Shown: positions 27,815-36,731, numbered from the stretch's first letter. The stretch is DNA of 64,000 bases from Bdellovibrionota bacterium (GCA_041740355.1 JBGSMD010000063.1:64001-128000), one strand, 5' to 3'. Notes: generated by a model from the letters alone, not told the origin. Translations and numbers: made by a program.

Positions 27815-30151
27815 ATGATTAATTTAAAAGTTTTGATTGGCTCAACTAAGATTAATTATAATCTTATATCTTTAATTCTAGCTCTTACTTGTGTCCATCT
27901 GAGCATTTCACAAATAATTTCTAGTGAACCAATAAGTGGCTGGGACACTCCAGGGCATCTCTACTTAACATATAAGATGCAAGAATTCTTAGGATTAGGA
28001 ACCTGGTTTGGCTATGATTCAAGCTGGTTCTCAGGCACAGCTCTCTTTGTGCTGTATCCACCACTAACATATATATTAATTAACATATTACATCTTATAA
28101 CTTTCTCTTCTGATCTAACTTATAGTTTTAACCTATTTATTTACCTTCAAGCTCAATTATTAGTAATAATTTTTTACTGGATAACAAAATATATTTTAGG
28201 TGTCGAATATCGGAAATATGTGATGTTGGTGCTCACCTTAATGTTACATACAAACATTATCTATTCGACCCACTTTATAGGATTAGCAGGATTATTTTAC
28301 GCAGGCTTTCTATCAAATTGTACAGGGCTAATTCTATTCTTGCTGCTATTTGCACAAATCAGAAAACTGGAATTAAACATTATTAGCTCCTCTTATACTT
28401 CAATATTAATATTGAGCTTGATTTTACTTAACCATATAATCTCAGCAATATTTACTTTAATATTTATATCAATTTACTTAGCCCTTCAGGGAAATTCAAG
28501 GGTAGCGAAAAAATGGTTTGCTGTTATCGCAGTCGCTTCGCTGGTTGCTTCCCCTTATTACTGGATATTTATTGCCAATCTAGAATTTTCATCCTCAGAA
28601 GCTATCGGGCTTCACGGATCTTTTCCCGATCCCTTATTAGTCCTCTTTCCAAATCTTAATATTGAACATTTTGTGAATATGTTTAATGCCGAATTTAGCG
28701 ATACCTTCAGTTTTTTTAACTATAAAATCGAGTTGCCATTAATCATCAGTCAATTTCCATATTATGCGCTGATTGCTTTTTATTTTGGAATTAAAGGAAG
28801 TCTTCTAATTGTTAAAAGTCAAAAAAAACTACTGGGGTTTCTTTTTACAATTACTATCCTCTTCATATTCTTACCTCGCGCTTACTTAACAAACCTAACT
28901 AGCCTGACAATCCACTACTATCGCTTTACTGGCCTGCTGAGTTTCATGTTTATTTTTATAATTGCCTCTGGGATTAAACATTCTGACTACACACATAGCA
29001 ATTTGAAAAAAATACTCGGAGGTATATTTCTTGCTCTGATTTTACTACTAACAACGTCGTATCAGATGCTTTTCATTAGTGATTCTAGACATCAAGAATT
29101 TAAGCTACACCTGAGCGATTATCAAGGATATCAAAACCTAGATAAGGTTGCTAAATACCTTAAAGAGAACAATCTAACTGCAGGTGTTGCAATTGAGCAA
29201 AGCTATAATTTCCTCCTACAAGTCGGTTCCCTTCATGCCGTTTCATATCTTTTCCCGCATAAGTATAAAATCCCAATCAAGACTGGACTACTAGCTGAGT
29301 CAGCTTATTACTCGTCATTAATTAATCCCACTTTAGGTCTTCAAACAAATCACATGGTTTGGGGAAGTAAAGAATTATACCTTTTTAACTATTTTAATAA
29401 CCCAAAAAAAAATCCGAATTTATTTATTGAGAAGCTAAGGCTTTTAGGAGTAAAAGTATTAATCACAACAGATCGGGACAGCTTCAAAAAAATTAAAACC
29501 CTAACTCTTCAAAATCGTTTTCTAGTACTAAATAAAAAGATTGCTAATTATGCTATATTTGTTTTGCCAGAGTTGTCCCTAAAGAAAACCAACTCAATCA
29601 AGCCCCGATATCTATTTTTTGATTCAAAAGAATTAGCATTCAAAATGTTTTTTAGAGACTGGTTTGCTTATGATTCAACGATTAATTTTAACCTAGTATA
29701 CGATTACTTCAATTTGACTCAAAAAGATCCTAGCTTATTAAGTCAATTTTCAGGATTAGTCTTTTCCGCTGAGAATACAAATTCTTGTCTTAAGAATTAC
29801 GAAAAGCTGAAGAGCTTGCAAGGTGATCTGAATGAAAAGTTAATCCCCTTAATTGATCAACAAAACCAGCAGCAAGAAAACCCAGCAATCCAAAAGCATA
29901 AGAGAGACTTTTATGATTTAGATATTATTTTCTTGGGTAAGAAGTGTTTTAAAGATCCGAACTGGAAAGTTAAGTGGATTAAAACAAATAATCCAGAAGA
30001 GAGAATGGCAAAACTAACAAAACTAGTTCAAAAAAATAAGCTAAAAATTCTCGTTAATAATAGACTGATTAATACGGAAGATACGTTTAGCCCACTAAAT
30101 GGTAATAATTCATTTATCCAAACCCCGTTTTTTACTCTAAAGGTTAGGTAG
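27815..30151 (+). CDS. Polytopic GT-C-like membrane protein (PTPS-related/YfhO-like)
   Basis: 'GWDTPGH...WFSGTALFVLYPPL' first loop, about 12 TM helices, C-terminal soluble domain. Confidence 0.7.
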   Translation: MINLKVLIGSTKINYNLISLILALTCVHLSISQIISSEPISGWDTPGHLYLTYKMQEFLGLGTWFGYDSSWFSGTALFVLYPPLTYILINILHLITFSSDLTYSFNLFIYLQAQLLVIIFYWITKYILGVEYRKYVMLVLTLMLHTNIIYSTHFIGLAGLFYAGFLSNCTGLILFLLLFAQIRKLELNIISSSYTSILILSLILLNHIISAIFTLIFISIYLALQGNSRVAKKWFAVIAVASLVASPYYWIFIANLEFSSSEAIGLHGSFPDPLLVLFPNLNIEHFVNMFNAEFSDTFSFFNYKIELPLIISQFPYYALIAFYFGIKGSLLIVKSQKKLLGFLFTITILFIFLPRAYLTNLTSLTIHYYRFTGLLSFMFIFIIASGIKHSDYTHSNLKKILGGIFLALILLLTTSYQMLFISDSRHQEFKLHLSDYQGYQNLDKVAKYLKENNLTAGVAIEQSYNFLLQVGSLHAVSYLFPHKYKIPIKTGLLAESAYYSSLINPTLGLQTNHMVWGSKELYLFNYFNNPKKNPNLFIEKLRLLGVKVLITTDRDSFKKIKTLTLQNRFLVLNKKIANYAIFVLPELSLKKTNSIKPRYLFFDSKELAFKMFFRDWFAYDSTINFNLVYDYFNLTQKDPSLLSQFSGLVFSAENTNSCLKNYEKLKSLQGDLNEKLIPLIDQQNQQQENPAIQKHKRDFYDLDIIFLGKKCFKDPNWKVKWIKTNNPEERMAKLTKLVQKNKLKILVNNRLINTEDTFSPLNGNNSFIQTPFFTLKVR

Positions 30152-30154
30152 TAG

Positions 30155-30313
30155 CTAGTTATAATTCATTTTATCTGCTGTAAATTTTAATTTTTGTGAG
30201 CTAGCTCTTCCCATAGCAGTTACGGCAACGATGGTTACGATAGCGATTAACGCAACAAGTAGTCCATACTCAACTAATGATGCCCCTTTTTTATTTTTAT
30301 TTATTTTTTTCAT
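30155..30313 (-). CDS. flp: Flp (type IVb) pilin, 52 aa, missing from the ORF track
   Basis: MKKINKNKKG|ASLVEYGLLVALIAIVTIVAVTAMG...: basic leader, G-1, E+5/Y+6 Flp motif. Confidence 0.9.
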   Translation of the reverse strand: MKKINKNKKGASLVEYGLLVALIAIVTIVAVTAMGRASSQKLKFTADKMNYN

Positions 30314-30364
30314 ATTCTTCTTTATTGGGTTTCCCCGTTAAATACGCCTGATTGATAAATCTAG

Positions 30365-30961
30365 TTAAATATCTAATTTTTTGCAATTAAGATGGAAATT
30401 ATTAGGTAAATCTACAGTTAGTGTAAACTGATATGCGCCTGCTACTGCTATATTTAATTTAATATTCTGACTGTTTTCGCCATTGAAAAGTGTAAAATCT
30501 TGATTCAAAGTAAGATTAGATCCCTCTTGTTCGAATCCAAATACAAAAGGGCTAGTCCAATCTTGATCTGCGATTTTAAATTCATACTCTCCGGGAATTA
30601 AGGGTAATACTACTCGATAGTTATTCCCGCCAACTGGCAAAAGCTGATTATAAGCTCCCGCTTTCCAATTCTCAATTCGATTAACACGAAGAAACACATT
30701 ACGATCAATACTTTTTATTGGATTATTAGCACTATTTTCTTGCGTAATTGGATTAAAATAAACTACAACGGCCAATAATAAGATTACAAGAAAAATTATC
30801 CCTCCAAAAATCTTGGCATAAGATTCCATCTTTTTCCTAAACCTATATTGTTCTGCGAATTTTTTTAAATTAGCAGTGCTTCTTGATCGAACCGAATCTT
30901 GAATAACATCGCCCAGACCTAATTGATCCTGTCTTTTAAACGTTCTTTTATTAAATATCAT
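30365..30961 (-). CDS. Membrane-anchored protein with an X25/SusE-F-like carbohydrate-binding domain
   Basis: One TM helix, then 'VFLR...NW......L...GGNNYRVVLPL.PGEYEFKIADQDW'. Confidence 0.65.
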   Translation of the reverse strand: MIFNKRTFKRQDQLGLGDVIQDSVRSRSTANLKKFAEQYRFRKKMESYAKIFGGIIFLVILLLAVVVYFNPITQENSANNPIKSIDRNVFLRVNRIENWKAGAYNQLLPVGGNNYRVVLPLIPGEYEFKIADQDWTSPFVFGFEQEGSNLTLNQDFTLFNGENSQNIKLNIAVAGAYQFTLTVDLPNNFHLNCKKLDI

Positions 30962-31049
30962 AACTAGCTAAGTTTATCAGATAACGAATTAGAATTACAG
31001 ATAAGATCTACTGTAAAGTATCAAATATTATCGGTTTATTCGTTACAAG

Positions 31050-31229
31050 CTAATCACAACAACCACAGGGCCCCTAATGAAAGGGATCAGAATGACCTGA
31101 TTATTCAATCCATTTGAATTATCTTTACAATTAGAAAATGGATTAATTCGATACAAACGTTATGAATTGTTAGCACTCTGGTTTAGGTGTATATTTATAT
31201 TTGGTTGGTTTGTGCAACCTATCGATTAG
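31050..31229 (+). ncRNA. Candidate RT-associated structured ncRNA
   Basis: Long-range stem enclosing five near-consecutive hairpins, no ORF, ends 44 nt before the RT ATG; folded by eye. Confidence 0.5.
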
Positions 31230-31273
31230 AACATATTAAAAAAGACAAACGGACCCAATCAGCAATCTTAGTA

Positions 31274-32605
31274 ATGAACCTACTGCAAAAACTCTCCTCC
31301 CGTGAAAACTTTTTAGCAATCCTTGATATTTTAAAAAGTAAAAAAAAATCAAAATCTTGGATTCTACAATCTGCCCCGATTGAAAAATCAATATCGCTTG
31401 CTTGGTGTATTTATAACCAAGACTTACTTATCAAGTATTATTTAAAAAACTTAAGAAATCATTCCTATCGCCCACAAGTAAGAATTAAAATGACTATTTT
31501 TATAGATAAACAAAGGATTATCTATAATATTAACTGGGTTGATAAAATTATGGACTATGCCCTGACTAAACTACTTTTTGATGTCAGTGCGGAATTTTTC
31601 TCCGATCAATTATTTTCCTATCGCCAAGGATTTTCTAATAAAAAAGCAGTAAAAAGCCTCTGTAAATATATCAAGAATAATCAAGGCTCAGAGATCTACA
31701 TTGCCAAACGAGATATTAAATCATACTTCGATAATATTAATAGCGGGATTTTAACCTCACAAATTAAGGAGAAATGTGGCGAGCAAGATTCCTTTTTTTG
31801 GAAACTTTTAAGTAGTTTCTTACAACCAGAATATTATGATCCGGAGCTAGATCTTCAGGAGCAACTACTTCTAGGAATACCAACTGGATCTTGCATCTCT
31901 AACTTTGCTGCGAATTTTTATTTGCACGACCTTGATCATTTAGCTGTAAACAATTTAGACTTTTATGTTCGCTATGGAGACGATATAATTTTTGCTGATC
32001 GGGATAAGGATAAGCTAAATCAGCTTCTTAATACTTATCAAGAAAAAATTTTGGAACGCGATCTTAAATTCCACCCAGACAAAGATCTATTCCTGAAAAT
32101 CGGACCAACTTTAGCAAGCTCCAAAGATTCGCCCTATCAAAGCAAAAAAGTATTTGATTACCTAGGTTACCAAATTAGCGACGAAGGACTTATCTTCCTA
32201 AAGTCTTATAAATTTAAAAAACTAAAAAAGGATATTAAGAGTAGACTATTCAACTCCTATCGCACATATTACCGTGCTGGACTAAGTAAGGATCTGCAAA
32301 TGTCTAATCTGATTAAAGACCTAAATGGTACGATGCGAGATTTAAATTACTATAATCATTTCGCCGATCTTGTCCTATTCACGACTGATAAACCACGACT
32401 TAAGGAATTTGATATTTGGATTGCTCAAACAATTATTGCCATGACTCATAACTGTTCTCGCGCTAATGCGTTTGGGAAAATTTCCTACAGACAAATACGC
32501 GAGGCAGGTCTATTCTCGATTCTAAATTACAAGAATATTTATCCTAGAAGAAATGAAGTTCTCCGATCTACAAAAAATCTCCAAAGCAGATCAGCAACGA
32601 CGTAA
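31274..32605 (+). CDS. Reverse transcriptase, group II-like/unclassified (start likely MNLLQKL)
   Basis: SYRP, FSYRQGFS, RDIKSYFDNI, GIPTGSCISNFAANFYL, YVRYGDD, FDYLGY; thumb/X-like C-terminus. Confidence 0.95.
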   Translation: MNLLQKLSSRENFLAILDILKSKKKSKSWILQSAPIEKSISLAWCIYNQDLLIKYYLKNLRNHSYRPQVRIKMTIFIDKQRIIYNINWVDKIMDYALTKLLFDVSAEFFSDQLFSYRQGFSNKKAVKSLCKYIKNNQGSEIYIAKRDIKSYFDNINSGILTSQIKEKCGEQDSFFWKLLSSFLQPEYYDPELDLQEQLLLGIPTGSCISNFAANFYLHDLDHLAVNNLDFYVRYGDDIIFADRDKDKLNQLLNTYQEKILERDLKFHPDKDLFLKIGPTLASSKDSPYQSKKVFDYLGYQISDEGLIFLKSYKFKKLKKDIKSRLFNSYRTYYRAGLSKDLQMSNLIKDLNGTMRDLNYYNHFADLVLFTTDKPRLKEFDIWIAQTIIAMTHNCSRANAFGKISYRQIREAGLFSILNYKNIYPRRNEVLRSTKNLQSRSATT

Positions 32606-34787
32606 TCTTGTCCGTAAAGGACTAGAGCAGTATGATCTCAGATCCTACTTACGCTACTTAAGGTATCGAATTAAATGGCCAATACTTTTTAAGTTACTTT
32701 CTCGACTAATTGTTATTGTTGAAGTGATTCTAATTCAACAACTATTTACTTATAATATTTTTGCAGACTTAACTCTCTATATTTTCATTATTTTTATCAG
32801 TCGAAGCGCCCTAAAAGGTATTACTCAATACTATCGTGTGCAACTAATGCCCCTAGCGACGGCAAAAAACATTTCTGGCCTAAATATCGCCCTAAGTAAG
32901 GCTCTGATCATAAACATCTTTTCTGCCTTTTTATTAGCCTTGGTCATTAGCATTCTTTGTCTACTCTTAGATTTATCGGATCAGTTAAACACTTACTTTA
33001 TAATTTCCTGGTGCTTATTAATCCCGCTAGAGCAAATTACCACGCAGCTTTGGAATACCGTCTATCTTAATACCCGACTAAGGCGAAGTGCCTTGATTAC
33101 TTTCATTTGCCGCATGCTTCCAATCATTTCACTATTAGCTTTTAGCAGCTTGATTGGCCCCCTAAGTTACATTCTGGGTACATTTATGGCGAGATTATTA
33201 GAAAGTTTTTACTTATCGCGTGTCGCAATTTTAGCATTAAAGTTCAAATTTACATTAAAGAAGAAATCGAGCAGTTTGTTACAAGTTATCGGACAGTATT
33301 TTAAAAATCAAAAGGCGCGCCAATACCTTTACTTTAATGCCATCCTACCCTGTTATTTTTTGGGTCTTGGATTAATCATCTTTGAACGGGGAGTCGGTAC
33401 CTGGATTACAAATATTATTTATTTTTTTATTTTAAATTTTGCAGTTTTTTTTACTACACAAATTTCACGCTCAATTCAATTTGACATCTACTCCTGCTTT
33501 AAAAAAGGGCAGGTAAAAAAAGCAACGTTCTTAGGCAAAAGAATTGTAAAATATACTTTGAACTTTGCTGTAATTCTAGCAGCTAGCTTTATCTATTTAC
33601 TCTTAAATTCCAAAAGGTTTTACCTTTTCATACCAATTAGCTTAGAATATTTTCTATTAATCTTACCCTTGGCAGTAATTGCTCAAACGTTTTTTTTTTC
33701 GATCTATGCCCAAATCCAATCCCTAGCAATCGATCGTTATTTCACCAAGCTAATCTTCATTAGCTTCCTCCTAATAGGCTTACCAATTCAGTTCCTTCTA
33801 TTTCATTATTACCTCGCAAATCTACAAGCGATCTACTGGACTGAAATCCTTCTCTTTGTGTTTGTAGGTACACTATTATATTTAAATTTGAACTTTAATC
33901 TCAGTCCCTTTTTAATAAAGTATATCAAAAGAGAGCGGAAGGCTCTGCCCCTGTGCCAACCAACTGCACTCCAATTAGAGCTCCGAACTAAATATATCAA
34001 AACTGGCTCAGCTTATCTTTACATATTATCTTATTATGAGCGGGATGCTTTCTGGGAACGCATTAAGTATTCACTTCCCCAAACAAAAGATTTCTTAATT
34101 ACCCGGTACTCTGCTGGGCTCTTCCTGCTTTCATCTCATCAACCACTGACGGATCTTGATTTTCGCAACCTAAGCTTTGTTGCCAAAAAGCAAATAGATT
34201 TAAGCCAAGAGCTACTGCAGACTTTACTGGATATTTATACTTTTTACTATTCTCTAGAATTTAGAAATAGCTCATTCCAAAAAATACGTAATAAGTTCTA
34301 TCTTAATAGATCCATCAAAGAAGAATTGTATCAGTTAGCGGAATTAAAGAGGCCAGTAGATCAAATAATATCAGAGTTGCTTGGAGCTCCTAGGATCGTC
34401 TTCAAAAATGGTAAAATTTCTTGTTTGGGCAAAGTCAGTAATAAACTTTATAATTTTGCTTTGAACCAATATTTTTATCCTGACAATAACTTGGCTCCCG
34501 CAATTCAAGGATCCCAATTAACAATCAGAATTAATAATACGGAAACAATTAGTTTCGACTTAAGGCACTTGAATAGTTACCTAATTGGACAAGTTAATAA
34601 AAAGATTTTTTTCCTCAATCAATATTATTATTTTAAGAATATTATTGATCCCCATTTGCCATATGCAGCTAGCATTCAAGATTATTTAATAGCACGGAGA
34701 CTGATTCATAAACATACCCGTCGCTGTAAAACGAGAAAGGCTGACCATTTAGCAGATCTCAATTTTTATAATCATAAATTAGTATGA
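32553..34787 (+). CDS. Polytopic membrane protein (about 12 TM, loosely MATE/Wzx-like) with a ~290-aa soluble C-terminal domain
   Basis: Hydrophobic segments across residues ~40-450; overlaps RT by 53 nt. Confidence 0.7.
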   Translation: MKFSDLQKISKADQQRRNLVRKGLEQYDLRSYLRYLRYRIKWPILFKLLSRLIVIVEVILIQQLFTYNIFADLTLYIFIIFISRSALKGITQYYRVQLMPLATAKNISGLNIALSKALIINIFSAFLLALVISILCLLLDLSDQLNTYFIISWCLLIPLEQITTQLWNTVYLNTRLRRSALITFICRMLPIISLLAFSSLIGPLSYILGTFMARLLESFYLSRVAILALKFKFTLKKKSSSLLQVIGQYFKNQKARQYLYFNAILPCYFLGLGLIIFERGVGTWITNIIYFFILNFAVFFTTQISRSIQFDIYSCFKKGQVKKATFLGKRIVKYTLNFAVILAASFIYLLLNSKRFYLFIPISLEYFLLILPLAVIAQTFFFSIYAQIQSLAIDRYFTKLIFISFLLIGLPIQFLLFHYYLANLQAIYWTEILLFVFVGTLLYLNLNFNLSPFLIKYIKRERKALPLCQPTALQLELRTKYIKTGSAYLYILSYYERDAFWERIKYSLPQTKDFLITRYSAGLFLLSSHQPLTDLDFRNLSFVAKKQIDLSQELLQTLLDIYTFYYSLEFRNSSFQKIRNKFYLNRSIKEELYQLAELKRPVDQIISELLGAPRIVFKNGKISCLGKVSNKLYNFALNQYFYPDNNLAPAIQGSQLTIRINNTETISFDLRHLNSYLIGQVNKKIFFLNQYYYFKNIIDPHLPYAASIQDYLIARRLIHKHTRRCKTRKADHLADLNFYNHKLV

Positions 34788-36514
34788 AATCCAAAAGTTT
34801 AATCTACTTTATTTTCATTTTACTAAGCTTAATTATTGGACTATCGCTCCACGCTGAGAGAATCGAAATACCTCTTTACGTTCTACGAAAAGCAATTACT
34901 TGTTCTAGTGTTCAAGAGAAAACATTGGAAGTTGTTTTCCAAAACAAGTCTTATTTGATCGCATTTGACCATATTTACAGTACTCCCGTTATTAATGCAG
35001 GTTTAGTCTGTCAACGTTTGATCCGCTACTTAAAAGCAGCGCCTTCGCCCAATTTAATCATCCCTATCTCCAAAAAATATACCAAGTTCGGCCATGATAT
35101 TTATGTCGATGAATCAGGATTTTTAGAAAAAGCTTGCCTAGAACAAGGGCTTTGTAAGCGAAACATCTTGGATACTTTTAAGCCCAAAAAAATACTCCGT
35201 GAATGTCATGGGAAAATTACACTAAACGGCTTATTGGCAAAATCTCGTCCCAAAATTCCTGGCTATCAAACAAAAATCATTAAAGATGTTACAATTAAAA
35301 TTCACCCATTTCATCCATTTATCAATATTCTAAATGAATACCTTCAAGATCCAATTTTAAAGGAAATTCATGCCTCTACTATGTCAATTGGTAATCAAGC
35401 CCTAGACGATATTTCTGCCAGCACGCAAAGCTACAATAAAAAGGCTGTAATTAATTATGATGCCGGAATTTCATTGTTCAATTCTCAACAAGGCCAAATT
35501 GCTAAGGCTATTACTAAGTCACCTAAAGTTCATTTTTTACCAATGACCAGTGGTAATAATTTTAGCCAATTTTATCACATCAAATTTATTGCTAGCCCAC
35601 AAACTAACAAGTCAATGTTGGCCTCAATGAATTTAGCCTCAGTAGATCGAACAGCATATCTCGACCTAAATTTTTTCTTTGAGGATCCTACTATTCGCGA
35701 TGAGTTTTTATCCATCTCAAATAATAATAATCGAAGATTTTGTGATTATTCTGAAGATTATGACTGCTTAGCAAATTTTTATGATGAAAGATCAAAATCC
35801 CATATTCCACTGGTAATAAATAGAAGTTGTCCGACAAGCAATACCGAAACTACTATCAAAAGATCTGGTTACTTTGTAAACTCCGAAGATGATGATCTCA
35901 AACAATTTGTGATAAACTTTATTAATCAAGCAAAACAAGAAATCATTGTAACTTCCTACAAGTTAACAGAAAGAGCCATTGCCAAGGCCTTATTAAACAA
36001 GCAGCAAGAAGGGCTTAAAGTTCACGCCATGTTAGCCTTTAAATCTCCCGCATTGGGCGAATTGAAAAGCCATTTCTACTCGGGGGAAGTTGTTAAGGAA
36101 GAGTATCCTTTTCCTCACATGAAAATTATTATTATCGATCGCCGACTAATGCTATTTGGAACTGCGAACTTCACGATTAATGCTTTAAATAATACAACTG
36201 AATTAATTGGAGTTACTGATAATCAGCAAGCAATTAAAACAGCGTTAGATCATGTCGCAGTTTTTACACAGTCCAAAGATCTGGCCTTAAGTAAAAACAT
36301 TTCCAATACTCCTAAGCAGAAAAATTATGTAGCAGTGACGAGCTCTACGCAGATCAAACCAGTGAATTTACCTTTTACTAAACCGCTTGAGCAGAAATGG
36401 TTATCAAACTACCGAGAGGTAACAAAGGAAGGCGAAAAATTATTAGATAAGTGTGATTTAAGGCACCTTATTTTTATAACTAAGGCAACTTATTTGGAAT
36501 GTCTTAAAAAATAA
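34784..36514 (+). CDS. Exported phospholipase D-superfamily enzyme (two PLD domains, N-terminal SNase-like region)
   Basis: Signal peptide (LHA-E); HIKFIAS..SMN and HMKIIIID..GTANFT motifs; ATGA overlap with the upstream gene. Confidence 0.85.
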   Translation: MKSKSLIYFIFILLSLIIGLSLHAERIEIPLYVLRKAITCSSVQEKTLEVVFQNKSYLIAFDHIYSTPVINAGLVCQRLIRYLKAAPSPNLIIPISKKYTKFGHDIYVDESGFLEKACLEQGLCKRNILDTFKPKKILRECHGKITLNGLLAKSRPKIPGYQTKIIKDVTIKIHPFHPFINILNEYLQDPILKEIHASTMSIGNQALDDISASTQSYNKKAVINYDAGISLFNSQQGQIAKAITKSPKVHFLPMTSGNNFSQFYHIKFIASPQTNKSMLASMNLASVDRTAYLDLNFFFEDPTIRDEFLSISNNNNRRFCDYSEDYDCLANFYDERSKSHIPLVINRSCPTSNTETTIKRSGYFVNSEDDDLKQFVINFINQAKQEIIVTSYKLTERAIAKALLNKQQEGLKVHAMLAFKSPALGELKSHFYSGEVVKEEYPFPHMKIIIIDRRLMLFGTANFTINALNNTTELIGVTDNQQAIKTALDHVAVFTQSKDLALSKNISNTPKQKNYVAVTSSTQIKPVNLPFTKPLEQKWLSNYREVTKEGEKLLDKCDLRHLIFITKATYLECLKK

Positions 36515-36521
36515 AAGAAAA

Positions 36522-36651
36522 AAGAGTTGGGCGGAATTTAACGCTTACCTGCTCTATAATATCTGCCGTCAGAACCTGCACCTTTCTCCGAAGGCGTATT
36601 TACAGATCCCCCTTGCGTTTGGAGAAGCCCGAAGGCGACAACCCAACTCTT
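36522..36651. ncRNA. Candidate 130-nt structured RNA
   Basis: GC-richer than flanks; 10-bp closing stem aagagttggg/cccaactctt; internal stems ttctcc/ggagaa and gcc-cgaa-ggc. Confidence 0.5.
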
Positions 36652-36731
36652 AATTTAATATTACCATAGCAATTTAACGATAAACAATGATTTATTTTTA
36701 AAGTTCTAAGAAAGGAATGTAATTAAAAGTT

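Noticed and set aside
31274-32605. Group II intron, retron, DGR or CRISPR-associated RT
   Set aside because: No domain V/VI after the ORF, no NAxxH/VTG, no avd or adenine-specific TR/VR pair seen, no cas1 or array
36522-36651. Known riboswitch (glycine, TPP, SAM, cobalamin) or SRP RNA
   Set aside because: Consensus motifs not found by eye, and it lies between convergent 3' ends; kept only as an unclassified candidate
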